DNA of 64,000 nt from Andalucia godoyi And28 (Eukaryota; Protista; Jakobida): assembly GCA_009859145.1 (NCBI GenBank), contig VRVR01000026.1, positions 252,446 through 316,445 of the forward strand. The letters are read 5' to 3'. The notes under the pieces are model-generated. The model had not been told where the DNA came from and made no database searches. It saw only the letters and a program-made list of their open reading frames with translations. Both the position numbers and the translations under genes were made by a program. This document shows positions 22,459 through 33,148 of the stretch, one piece after another (the stretch's first letter is position 1; each line of letters opens with the position of its first letter).

Positions 22459-22804
22459 TTATATACAACAAGGAGTATATGCTGCCCCGTGCGCCGAAAA
22501 GATTCCCTAAACTACAAACTACGAGACAGAAATGAATAGCATTCCGCGAAGGAAAAAAAAAAAAAAAGACGACAACGACGACGATAACACCAACAGCAAC
22601 AACAACAACAGCAAAAACAAAAAACACTGCAGCGAAAAAAAGGCTGGCAAATTTGAGCATTGTTGAAGGAAGTCAGCTGCCTAACGCTTTCGGTCCGTTT
22701 TTTCTTTTCTGTTGTTTATGATACATGTCAGGTCCATGGCGGTCCATGGGTCATGGAGCATCCGCCACGGCCCACGACGGAGCCTCTGCGCGTCAGCAAG
22801 AATA

Positions 22805-24295
22805 TCAACAGGAGCCTAGTCTGGTAAGAAACAACGAGTTGGAGTATAACCAGTCTTCGGGCTGCCACTTGTCGACAGTTGCATCCGTTTCAAACGAGAT
22901 TGTGGATCCTTCGTGGAGATCCACGACCTGGTTGAAGTGGATGGTCAGGTGAAAGTTGGACCACGCATACTCTCCGCCGCCGTGTTTGAACCTTCTCTTT
23001 CCATCCACACACAAAAAGACATTTTCAGAAACGTCCACAAAGCGCAGCGAAGCATTCACAAGGTACCTTCCGCTCTTTTCTACAATGATCTTGCATCCAT
23101 TGTCGCCAATGTCTACGAATGGTCTGAGAGAGTTCACCTTGCTTTGTTCGCCTTTGAGATCTGCGGCATCAACCTGGTCCCCGGCCGTGTCCTCTTCGTC
23201 TTGATCCGTCTGTTGATCATCATCATGATCGTCGTCGGACAGGTTTTGTGCAGAATCCACTTCTTCCGTTCCGCGGCCAGTTGCTCCTTGCTTGTCGTTA
23301 ACCGTGGCGCCATTCCTTTCGTCGTCGTCATCGTCGTCGTCATCGTCATCCTCCTCGTCATCGGGAGCCGTCTCATCAGGGTCGATCTTGTGTCTCCAGG
23401 TCCAAACACTCTTTGAGAACTTTCCGCACGGGACTCGCTGAAGTCCCTTTGGCGAAAATGACACTGAGAGCACCGTCTGATCACTGACTTTGGACGATAA
23501 CGCATCGACGAGTGCGGTGAGCTTCATGAGCTGGATTTCCTGTCTCTTCACAATTGCCTTCAAATCTGATTCCTCCTTTAGCAGCTCGTCCGTCACGCGT
23601 CGTACCTTGTCATCCTCTGCTCTGAACATCCTCAGATTTCGCACAATGTCAAGTCTCGGCACAAACATAACTGCGTCCTTGTCTCTTCTGTCCTTATCCT
23701 TATCCTTTTCTTTCTCCTTGTCCTTTTTAGCACCTCCGGCAGTCGCACTCAGCCCATTCAGTGCCGCAATGTCAAGAGCTGCTTTCGTATCCGCATCAAA
23801 AAGAACCAGAGTCATTTTGTAGTCCGGATGTGACCGAGCTCGAGCGTCCGGGTTCGCAGAAATGAGAAACAACAGTGCATCGCCAAGAATCGGAGTGTCA
23901 TGCCACAGTTCGGCATGCGATCGTATTTGATCAATATTGCACGGCTCAATGTACTTCACCGTCATCTCAAGCTCCAACGACTGCGACTGAAGCACCTTGA
24001 TTAGCGACGCAACAAGCTCGTCTTGTGCGAAACAGCCCTCAATAGGCGACGCAAACGACGACGTCCGCTCATCCGCCACATCAAATGAATTCGAATAGGT
24101 AGTCCCAATAGTCTCATTGAACACCTGCATCGAAAACACTCCAGGAGACGACTGGTCAATCGTCCAATGAAGCAAATGCTGGTCGTCCGTCGTTAACGAG
24201 CCCGAAAACACGCCTCGAAGCGCAATTCCCCCACTCAGCGGACCCGATTCCACACCACTTCCAGACTTTTTATCCTTGTCGCGCGCCATATCCAC
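22805..24295 (-). CDS. Hypothetical protein: N-terminal globular head, coiled coil, acidic linker, C-terminal C1q/TNF-like beta domain
   Basis: 496-aa ATG-initiated ORF; heptads VRRVTDELLKEESDLKAIVKRQEIQLMKLTALVDAL; poly-Asp linker; C-terminal IIVEKSGRYLVNASLRF...VVDLHEGSTISF. Confidence 0.75.
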   Translation of the reverse strand: MDMARDKDKKSGSGVESGPLSGGIALRGVFSGSLTTDDQHLLHWTIDQSSPGVFSMQVFNETIGTTYSNSFDVADERTSSFASPIEGCFAQDELVASLIKVLQSQSLELEMTVKYIEPCNIDQIRSHAELWHDTPILGDALLFLISANPDARARSHPDYKMTLVLFDADTKAALDIAALNGLSATAGGAKKDKEKEKDKDKDRRDKDAVMFVPRLDIVRNLRMFRAEDDKVRRVTDELLKEESDLKAIVKRQEIQLMKLTALVDALSSKVSDQTVLSVSFSPKGLQRVPCGKFSKSVWTWRHKIDPDETAPDDEEDDDDDDDDDDERNGATVNDKQGATGRGTEEVDSAQNLSDDDHDDDQQTDQDEEDTAGDQVDAADLKGEQSKVNSLRPFVDIGDNGCKIIVEKSGRYLVNASLRFVDVSENVFLCVDGKRRFKHGGGEYAWSNFHLTIHFNQVVDLHEGSTISFETDATVDKWQPEDWLYSNSLFLTRLGSC

Positions 24296-24685
24296 CTGTC
24301 CCGACCTCTATTCTTTATAGTCACCAAAACCAAAAATAGTATTTAAAAAATAAAAAATTATAATAACAATATAAAAACGTAACAAAGTACTTAAACACAA
24401 AAACGAAAATCGTAGAACGACTAGGAAAAACCAGAAGAAGTGGACAGAAAACAAAGCTGGCCGTTGGGGGGTCGTGGACTACAGTCGCTGCAAGAACTTG
24501 AGGGCAGTGTGTGAGTCGTCGATGGCGGGTCAATGGGAGGTAGGGTTTTCTTTTCTCTCTTTTATGTTTTCGTTTTTGTTTTGTGCTTCGCCCCGTCCGA
24601 AGGAGACTTGTTTGATGCTTATGGACAGAGCAAAGGGTTCGGCTAGGATTAGCAAGAGCTAGGGGTTTTGGGGCTCGGGGTGTGT

Positions 24686-26367
24686 ATGGGAATGGTGACT
24701 GCGCTGTGGATTGAGAGTGCTACGGTGTTTGTCGTGCTTGCCGCGTGTTTCGTCGGACATTCCGAGAATGTGTGGATTTTTCCGGGATTGATGCTAGCGA
24801 CTGTGTACTGCCATGCACTGGACACATCGTACGTCCCGCGGAGCAGTGGCTTACGAACGGCGACTCGGGGCGGGGCGTCCCATGGGTTTGTGGTTGCCGG
24901 ACTTTGCGTCCCGTGTGTATACCTCGCGATGTATTTACAGTCAGCGGCAAGAATACGGTCGATTGCGTGGACGAACTTTTGCCTGACGTCCTTGGAGTTC
25001 ACGACGTTCTTGATTCTTGTTCCTCGCAAGCGGTCGTTGGTTACATCATCCTTGGCTATTGCAGGAGTGTTGTTTGCAGTGAGCGTTGTTCTCGGCTTTC
25101 TGCTTTTCCACTTTAGGATTGTTCCGTTTGCTGTGTCGTTGGTGTCGTTTTATTGGCTGTTTAATGCACTGCTGGAGAAGCACGCTCGCAACTTTTCGGT
25201 CGGCGAGCTTGTAATCGTGTGCCAGTTGATCTCAATTGTTTGCGGAGACTTTACAATCTTGGTTGTGTCGAAATGGATCGGCCCGATCTTGAGTCCGTAT
25301 CTGCTCGGCTCCGTCACCGCACGATGCTTCCTCGTTGCAGCAGTCCTGGGCGTGCCGTTTTCTGCACTTGTCGCAAAGTCAGTTGTCCGAGTGAGCGGCA
25401 ACAGACAATCTCTCGGGCTCTATGCCGCGGCTTTCGTCACGGTTCTTGCAGGAATCGTCCTCAGTTGGATGGCCTGGATCTTGAATACGCATCCTGTGCG
25501 ATAGTATGTCCTTTTTTAATAATCATAGTTATTTATAATTCTTCGCTCGTCTTCTGTCGTTTCATCGTCTTCATTGTCCCTCTCCCAATCTTAATGAATT
25601 TCCTGTTTTTGCTCATCGTTTTGAATTCGTTTGGAAACAACAACAACTACAACGACGAGAAAAACAGTGTACTCTTGCGATTCGTCTCGATTCCGGATGT
25701 TCCGTTTCTAGTACTGTACTGGGGCGCGATGGGCGGCGTGTGCGTTGCAGCAGCCTATTTTTTACGGAGCGCAATACCGCTGATTCTTGTTCGCAAACTG
25801 TTCCACTTTCTGTCGCTGCTGCTTTTCATACCCGGATTCTTTGTGGATGTTAATTTCATGTCGATCAGCTTTTCATCGGCGCTTGGCCTGTTCTTGCTGA
25901 TTGAGTGCACGCCAGAGGAACTTATTCAGCCGCTGCGGCTGTTCATGCGAGCGTTCATTGACGAGCGCGATTCCTCTGGCAGGCTGGTGCTTACACACAT
26001 CTACCTGTTGTTTGGCTGTGCGTGTAGTGTTTTCTTGCACGGAGACAATCGCGGAAACCGCCTTGTCCTGTATGGTGGCCTCATTTCACTGGGTGTCGGG
26101 GATACATGCGCGTGCTTGGTTGGAAAGCTGGCTGGGCGCCGTCGTCTTTTTGGCAGTTCCAAAACAGCAGAAGGTCTCCTCGCGAATGTCATTTCTTGTA
26201 TCATTGCGTACTCGCTGTTGTGGATTTGGACGAGTGACTTGATGTCAACGTCGCGCCTTTTGATTGCGTGTGTTTCTCTTGGCATGTTGGAGGCCGCAGT
26301 TCCACATCTCGACAACCTGGTGCTTCCACTGTTCGCCCACCTCCTGCTCACCATGGCTACTCTCTAG
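24686..26367 (+). CDS. DOLK: Dolichol kinase (SEC59/DOLK); exons 24686-25503 and 25668-26367, 505 aa
   Basis: Multi-TM protein with LVRKLFHFL, DERDSSGRLVLTHIYLLFGC, GLISLGVGDTCACLVGK, SKTAEG, DNLVLPL. The spliced junction reads HPVRYVLLRFV. Start could also be ATG 24692. Confidence 0.92.
25504..25667 (+). other. Predicted GT-AG intron (164 nt) in dolichol kinase
   Basis: GTATGT donor, AACAG acceptor; the phase-2 join (TA+T=Tyr) links the two track ORFs in frame. Confidence 0.85.
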
Positions 26368-26620
26368 ACGGATGAGGAAAAACCCTTGCAGATGCAGCCT
26401 GCTTCCTCCCTGCCTTCCATTCTTCGTAGCAACTCGAATCTGCCTTCCTGTATTGCAGTTTTTTTTTTTTTTTGTTGATTTTGATTATATTTTCTTCGTT
26501 TTTAATACGTATCCAACGGGGGAGGGGGACCAAGAAACTGTACATTGCCTAATCGCCTTTTTTCTTTCATTCGGCAGCCCCTTCTTCTCGCTTTGACTGT
26601 ATAGTAAATCATCACGGAAG

Positions 26621-27967
26621 CTAAATGGTTCCTGCAAGAAGCTGCTTTTGCGTCGGAATCGCTTCAAACGAGTCTTTCTCTTCTTCCTCTTCCTCCTCTT
26701 CTTTCTCTTGTTGTTGTTGTTGCTGTTCCCGGCGATCCGTTTCGGATGGTTGCACCGACTCTGTTTTAGGATCTCTGGTACGGACTGCCCGAGCTTGCCA
26801 CGACGCCTGCTGTCGGTAGCAAAGCAGCGTCACAGCCGCCTTCCAGAGTTCACTGGCCAGCGCATCCAGTCGATCACGAAGAATCTCGTGTTCTTCTTCT
26901 TTGGCGATTTGTTGCAGAGTCTGATTCTGGTCAAAGACCAACATGCGGTTTCGATACTCAGCAGCCCGCGGATGCTCTTCTGTCCAAATGCCGGTTTTCA
27001 AGTTCAGAAACACCTGGATGAGCCGTGTTCTGCTTTTCGGGTCCGGGATCTGGTGAAGCACCGTGAACCGTGGCAGGCTTTTTGCAGAAAGGATCTCGAC
27101 GTTCATCTTTTGTTGAAACTGCTCAAGATCGGCAGCCTGCTGGCGAAGCCATTCCTGGTGCTTGATTTCAAGCGACTCACTGCTGCGCATGATTTCATAC
27201 TGCTGTGCAAAAAAGAACCTTTCTGACGCTGTGTGGCTCTTGTGCAGCCTTCGCTGACGAATCCATTCTCCCAACATCCTCTTCTTGCGAAGCGCCGGGG
27301 CCATGACTCTGCGGACGACGAGGCCTCTCCATCGGGCCTGAAACCGGATGACTGCACCAATCGACAGCATGCGAACCTTCTTCAGCATTTCGTCTTCTTG
27401 TTCCATTCGAAGTCTGAGCTGCCGCGCCTTCTCCTTCTTCACTGGGGAGAACCTCCCGAGAACTGTTTCCCAAGAGGTGTGAAAGCACTTTCTGGAATCG
27501 AGCATGAGCGCCTCAAGATCTGTCAGACACAGCACGTTTTCTCTTATACTCCTGATTGTCATTTTCATCATGTTCTGCTGACGTGTTCGCTGCTCCATTT
27601 CCGGTCCCGGTAGACCTGCTGATTCTGTGAAACACAGAGGACGCCCTTTCCCAGCAGACGCCGGCGACGATGAGGGTGCTGTTGGGGCTGCTGCTGCTTG
27701 GTGGCTGTTTTGCGGTACCCAGTATTGTGTCTGGATAAAAACGCCAAGCTGCAAGCTTTTTTGTGGAAACAGACTTGCGAGGCTTTCCAAGATGGCAGTT
27801 TCTCGTGCAACTCGCAGCTCCTCCTTTGATAAGAGCTCGTTTAGGTGTTTCGCCAAAAAAGCGCTGGTCGGCTTTCCATCCATCGCACCCAAGGACGCGG
27901 ATTCAAGCTGGCGAATCACCACCGTTCGCATTGCCTGGTCGAGCAGGGCTCCTACTGCTGGATTCAT
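26621..27967 (-). CDS. Hypothetical coiled-coil protein with an IQ motif and a degenerate WW-like segment
   Basis: AVIRFQARWRGLVVRR (IQ motif), long helical regions, FLNLKTGIWTEEHP. First ATG at 27967; an upstream exon cannot be excluded. Confidence 0.7.
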   Translation of the reverse strand: MNPAVGALLDQAMRTVVIRQLESASLGAMDGKPTSAFLAKHLNELLSKEELRVARETAILESLASLFPQKSLQLGVFIQTQYWVPQNSHQAAAAPTAPSSSPASAGKGRPLCFTESAGLPGPEMEQRTRQQNMMKMTIRSIRENVLCLTDLEALMLDSRKCFHTSWETVLGRFSPVKKEKARQLRLRMEQEDEMLKKVRMLSIGAVIRFQARWRGLVVRRVMAPALRKKRMLGEWIRQRRLHKSHTASERFFFAQQYEIMRSSESLEIKHQEWLRQQAADLEQFQQKMNVEILSAKSLPRFTVLHQIPDPKSRTRLIQVFLNLKTGIWTEEHPRAAEYRNRMLVFDQNQTLQQIAKEEEHEILRDRLDALASELWKAAVTLLCYRQQASWQARAVRTRDPKTESVQPSETDRREQQQQQQEKEEEEEEEEKDSFEAIPTQKQLLAGTI

Positions 27968-28297
27968 CTGCACACAGAGAGTGGCGCGCTCCCCACGACC
28001 CAAAAAAGCGTCGCCACAAAACAGCAGGACTTGGGGAATGTCGGCAAGTGGTCCAGCACCGAAACAGAATGTACCGGTATATCCCGATTATCCCTTCTTC
28101 TACAATCGTCACGATATGGTCTCCTGCTGTCCGTGTAGAAGATCTTTGAAATAAGCACGTTCGTTGTTGTGGTGGTGGCGGAAGAAGAAGAAGAAAGAAA
28201 GAAAGAAAGAAGAAAAAAGAAGTAGAGAGTACGAGTGACTTCATGATTCGAAATGTACAGTGTGAGCGGCATCGGTTACGAAGGGAAATTGGGTGCG

Positions 28298-29134
28298 CTA
28301 GCCGTCGTTTGTTTGGTTCGGCAGGATGCCTCCCCGAGCGCTGAGCCGTGCAGGCGCTGCAGCGGCATTCGATTTCTGCAGCGTTGTTCTGCTCGATGAG
28401 ATTTCCCCGATGATTCTCGCCCTTGCAGCCGCAGTACGCTCTTCGGCCTCTCGGTCACCGTCGACACGACCCCGTTTCCCTTGTTGTCCCATATTTTCAA
28501 GCATGACGAACGCGACGAGCGCTAGCACAACCGTGATGATCGCAAGTCCTGATGCCAGCACCTCGAGGATCCATCCGTAAGAAGGGCCCCATGTTTCTTC
28601 GACTCCGCCAAGCGTCTCGGACCCTGTAAACGCAAACTCCTCGCACGGACCCGAGGCTACCGGAATCGTTGCGCATATGACCAAGTGCACAAACGACGAT
28701 AGGAACCGTGCCCATGCAGCAACCAGCAGGAAAAACGCCAGGAGAAAGAACGACGCGAAGCACAACACCCACGTCTCCATCTTCAGTCCTTGGAACCGTG
28801 CCTGCAGCTCTCGAAGGACCTTGTAGCTGATCCCGACAAGCACCAACCCTATGAGACTCAGCGCAAACCCCGATCTTGCGAGACCCTGGACGTGCTGTAA
28901 CTCAGCCTCTGCTCGCGCAGGCACCTCCGACATGTTTGCATACTCGTGCGTCTCGCAACCCACATTTTCCACACACGTCGACTGTTTCTCGAGTGTGTAC
29001 GTATGCGTCGTCGTCCCTCTCTTATAAACGAACCACGGCGTGCTGGAGCTCATCGCCACCGCGGAAAGACCGCTGATCGCTGCAGACATGACCAGGATCA
29101 TCGCCGTAACGACCCGCACCACTTTAGTCTTCAT
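28298..29134 (-). CDS. Four-TM claudin/PMP22-superfamily-like membrane protein
   Basis: TM1 followed by PWF and a loop with two Cys; TM2 and TM3; GPSYGW before TM4; charged cytosolic tail. Confidence 0.65.
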   Translation of the reverse strand: MKTKVVRVVTAMILVMSAAISGLSAVAMSSSTPWFVYKRGTTTHTYTLEKQSTCVENVGCETHEYANMSEVPARAEAELQHVQGLARSGFALSLIGLVLVGISYKVLRELQARFQGLKMETWVLCFASFFLLAFFLLVAAWARFLSSFVHLVICATIPVASGPCEEFAFTGSETLGGVEETWGPSYGWILEVLASGLAIITVVLALVAFVMLENMGQQGKRGRVDGDREAEERTAAARARIIGEISSSRTTLQKSNAAAAPARLSARGGILPNQTNDG

Positions 29135-29724
29135 TCCTTTGACACGGATTCCCCAGTCTCCTCTTCTCTATCTCTATCGTTATCTTTATCTGTATACTCT
29201 TTCATCACAGTATGAACCGTAATGATACGCGAATGCTTCGCTTTCCTCTTTTATTTCAGACTGCTGCTGAGCTGCGTAATCCCCTTTTGTTTTGGGGGGA
29301 GTTTGACAATGAAAACCGCTGTAGATGCAGCACACGCCCTCCTTTCATGCAGCTGCGGCTTGAGGCTAGCGGCTTGAGTCTGCGTCGTACTTCCAGTTCG
29401 GCACCCCGTAGTGGACGTCGACAAAGACGAACCACACGAATTCCCGCTTTCCTCAAAGGCCGCCTATATTCGTCCTTCCACACACACACACACATACACA
29501 CACAGATACATGTCCATGCTTATTTATTTGTGCATAAGCTCTTGCTTTTTGATTTTAAATCCTTTAAATCCTTCTTTTTCTTCTCCCGTGCTGAAAAAAG
29601 GCTCCGTTTCAAAGCATACACGCAGAGAAAAGAAGAGAAAATAAGAGAAGAGAGAAGACAGACACATACACACACACACACACACACATACATACAGAGC
29701 GTGTGTGCACGTTGACTGTAGAAG

Positions 29725-30897
29725 ATGACGTCTACGGCTGCCTGCGAGAGTGGAGCAGGCCCGTCGATATGGCGGATATTCAAACACACGTGTTTACAGT
29801 CGCTGTCGATTTTGTTTCATTCTTCGGTTTCGAGTGCGTTTGAGCGCGTCGTTCTTGTTGGGCTTCACTGGATTGCGATCTTGTCGTACTGGAGAGGGTA
29901 TTTCCGCCCACTGACGACCAGGAGGCTTGCGGCGTGTGATTCTGTGAAGAAGGCGCTGTGTTGTGCTTGTGACGAAAAGCATGCTCCTGCTGCGTTGTTA
30001 GGTCGCGATGTCGTGACGGAGGAACAGGAGTGCAGTCCAAAGAAGTGTGGGGAAAAAAAGAAGCCGGTTGTGGCAGTGTGCATCCCAGTGTATCTGCGGT
30101 GCACTGAAGATGCAGATCAGCTGCGACGACTGGTGCGGTCGATCGTGTTGCAGAATGTCACTCCGGATGCGATTGTCATTGTCGATGATGGATCGCCGAT
30201 TGCATTTCCGGACAGTTTGGATCACGTCAAACACGAGTTTGGTGCATCGACGTGTGTGATCCATGTCGAGCGCCTGGCTGCGAACTGCGGGCCGGCGTTC
30301 GCTCGGAATGTTGCAGTGGACATTTCGCTGCGGCGGTTCGATCCGGACTTCATTGCGTTCACAGACAGCGACTGCATTGCAGATTGTAGCTGGATCCAAA
30401 ATGCCGTTCGCCGTCTGCAGGCGGACTCCTCCACGGATCTGCTGAGTGGAAGGACGTACAGTTTTGACTGCTCGCTTGCGTTTCTTGGATACTATGTTGG
30501 CAGATACCACGACTGCATGGGGACACTGAACGGCCGCAGAATCGTCAGAGAAAAGGCGGTCAACGCAGAGTACGAATTGTTGTTCGCACCTACTTGCAAT
30601 CTTTTTGTGCGAGCTGGCGTGTTTGAGCAGGTGCGCTTCTCCGACGCATTTCCGACGTCCGCGTACGAGGATGTGGACTTTTCGCTCGTGTGTAGGTCGA
30701 AGGGACTGTCAATTGGACTTGACCCCAATGTGATCATTTTTCACGATTACTGCGGACGGTCGGAGGACTCCATGGAAATACTCACCAAGTTCCGAAACCA
30801 GTTCCGCAAGTACGGCCAGTCTGCTCCACTCTGCGCCCAGCTTCATCCCGAATTTCAACAGTGGTTTGCCGTCTCAAAGTCTGTTCCTGCTCTTTGA
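29725..30897 (+). CDS. Glycosyltransferase family 2 (GT-A fold)
   Basis: VAVCIPVY, IVIVDDGS, NCGPAFARN, FIAFTDSDC (DxD), AYEDVDF. Confidence 0.9.
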   Translation: MTSTAACESGAGPSIWRIFKHTCLQSLSILFHSSVSSAFERVVLVGLHWIAILSYWRGYFRPLTTRRLAACDSVKKALCCACDEKHAPAALLGRDVVTEEQECSPKKCGEKKKPVVAVCIPVYLRCTEDADQLRRLVRSIVLQNVTPDAIVIVDDGSPIAFPDSLDHVKHEFGASTCVIHVERLAANCGPAFARNVAVDISLRRFDPDFIAFTDSDCIADCSWIQNAVRRLQADSSTDLLSGRTYSFDCSLAFLGYYVGRYHDCMGTLNGRRIVREKAVNAEYELLFAPTCNLFVRAGVFEQVRFSDAFPTSAYEDVDFSLVCRSKGLSIGLDPNVIIFHDYCGRSEDSMEILTKFRNQFRKYGQSAPLCAQLHPEFQQWFAVSKSVPAL

Positions 30898-31293
30898 ACC
30901 GTCGGTGGACAAACATGATGCAACGCCCCGTCAATATGTATGCACAGACTGCATTGCGCCGCTTATCCTCCGTTTCCGTTTCCGCCCCTCCCTTTCCTGC
31001 GTGGTCGTCTAAATGGGCTGGAAATGCGTGCTTTCGCACAATTTACACAATTTTGTTATACTCTAAGGGGAACAGAGGGAAAGAAAGCCTGCTGCTGCGG
31101 ATGCAACAGGCATCCTGGAGCAACGCGGGAAAAAAAGAGACACATTCGTCCACGGCAAAAACACAGTACGATAAATAAAACCATAATATACAGCAAGCAG
31201 GAAACAAGGAAAAACAACAGAAACAAAGGAAAAAGGAATAAATAATGCCACCAAACAATAATAAATAAACAGAAAGAAAGAGAACAAAAGGAG

Positions 31294-32847
31294 TTACGAG
31301 GAGTGGGAGCTAGGGGCTCGTGCAGCAATGCTCAATGGTGGTAGCCGAGCACGAGTTCGGCTGTCAGGGGGGTCCGAAATCGAAGAGAGCGTTTCCTGTC
31401 CATGGTGTCTTGAACGTCGCACCGGGCGTGCTGTGTTGTCATCGTCGTCTTCGGATTCCTCTGCTGGATTGCCGAGTTCAACAACACCCGGGGCAGAGGA
31501 CTGCTGATGGCACGGACGTTCCGGGTCATGCTCCAGGGTGGATGCATCGTATCGCCTATCCTCATCTGCGTCCGAACACAAATCCTCATCTGCGTCTCCA
31601 TCCATTGTGTGTCGTGGTTCATGAACATCGACTTCTCCACCAAGCGACCTTTGCGTCTCGGATCCAAGACCATGGTCATTCATCAGCAATGCTTGTCCCG
31701 TCGCGGTCTGGCCAGCTGCAGCAACTGCGATTTGCATCGAGCGCTGCGAACCTTGGGCTTCCAATCGACTTCGGGAGCCAGTCCGCGAGAGCCCAGCGGG
31801 ACCATGCGCACCGCTTGCTGTTCGAGTGACGTGCGGCTTCGAACGGGAATCTGACAGCGAAAGAGAGGATGAAGACGGCGACGCCATGTCGTCCATATTG
31901 CCACCATTATCGTTCGTGTCGCCTCCCTCCACACTGCCTCCACCATCGGCAGAATTTGCTGAAGCAACGGACGATGACTGCGCAAGAAGCTGACGCTGTC
32001 TCATGATCCACTCGTACGTCGTTAAGCCAGCTTTGAACAAGTAGATGTGAAACTTGAGCAGGTCTGCAAGCATGTAGAGTGCAACAAGCCCGAGGAAGAT
32101 GAACAAGCACCATGTAGATAGGAAAAAGTACTGCACCGCCTCTGCGTTCGATTGCGAGGAAATCGAATATGAACTCGCTATTCTGTCTCGCTGGCCCTCC
32201 GGCGTTGATGCATAGTCAGCAATTACGAACGCACACAGCGCAATGTGATAGAGAACGATTACAATGGACACACACACAAATACAAAGAACCACGAGTAGT
32301 TGCTCTTCTTTGCCACGCATGAATTGAGCCATCGACAATGATGGTCAAAGTGTGCCACGCACTTGTTGCAAGTTCTACAATGCTTGGACCCTTGAAGAAC
32401 GTATGAATCGCACAAGTAGCAGTAGAGCATCTGCGACAGATCGCGATTGTCTACCCGTGATGTCGCTTGCCCGTCCTCTGTACTCTCGTTTCCAGTCCGA
32501 GTATTGTGTGAGTCATACGGAACGTCATTCTCCACACTCTCAGGATCCTGTGAAATCTGTGATGAGCGGTATTTTTTGCCTACTCTCCTCCGCGGATACA
32601 CATACCGCTTGACGTTTGGATCTGCAGGATCCATGATTGCACAAGTGATATCCGTTCCAATGCATACAGCAAACAACACTCCATAAACTGTGCACATAAC
32701 GACACTGGACCCAGAAGCCAGCGCAACAGAAACTGTCAGCGCGAAATGAAGAGCAAACAGTCCAAATAAGAACCACGACAGCAGTTGTAATGAATCAAAC
32801 GGCTTCTGAAATCCATGTTGTCGAACAGGTTGCTGCTCAACGGTCAT
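31294..32847 (-). CDS. DHHC palmitoyltransferase (ZDHHC1/11-like N-terminus)
   Basis: CYLCDSYVLQGSKHCRTCNKCVAHFDHHCRWLNSCV, four TM segments, TTYEWI motif, N-terminal RQHGFQKPFDSLQLLSW. ATG at 32847. Confidence 0.93.
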   Translation of the reverse strand: MTVEQQPVRQHGFQKPFDSLQLLSWFLFGLFALHFALTVSVALASGSSVVMCTVYGVLFAVCIGTDITCAIMDPADPNVKRYVYPRRRVGKKYRSSQISQDPESVENDVPYDSHNTRTGNESTEDGQATSRVDNRDLSQMLYCYLCDSYVLQGSKHCRTCNKCVAHFDHHCRWLNSCVAKKSNYSWFFVFVCVSIVIVLYHIALCAFVIADYASTPEGQRDRIASSYSISSQSNAEAVQYFFLSTWCLFIFLGLVALYMLADLLKFHIYLFKAGLTTYEWIMRQRQLLAQSSSVASANSADGGGSVEGGDTNDNGGNMDDMASPSSSSLSLSDSRSKPHVTRTASGAHGPAGLSRTGSRSRLEAQGSQRSMQIAVAAAGQTATGQALLMNDHGLGSETQRSLGGEVDVHEPRHTMDGDADEDLCSDADEDRRYDASTLEHDPERPCHQQSSAPGVVELGNPAEESEDDDDNTARPVRRSRHHGQETLSSISDPPDSRTRARLPPLSIAARAPSSHSS

Positions 32848-33148
32848 TTCATTCCGGATGCCCCACGCAGTTTCTCTTCTTTCTAAATCAAAAACACACA
32901 CCACACAAACCAGTCCCCCCCCTTCACCACACCAAAAGCAAAAACACGAAACTGACACAAATGAATACTGAAAAGACACCATAGAAAGAACTTTTAAGAA
33001 TGCAATAGAAAACTGCAAATGGAAAAAACAGCAGTTTGTTTAACTACAGTAAGCAGTCTCGATGGAATATTACTGGCCCTATTTTTCTATTTTTTAATTA
33101 ATTTTAGTACAGCAGAAGACGGTGATTGGGGGACAGTGTGATCGGCCT

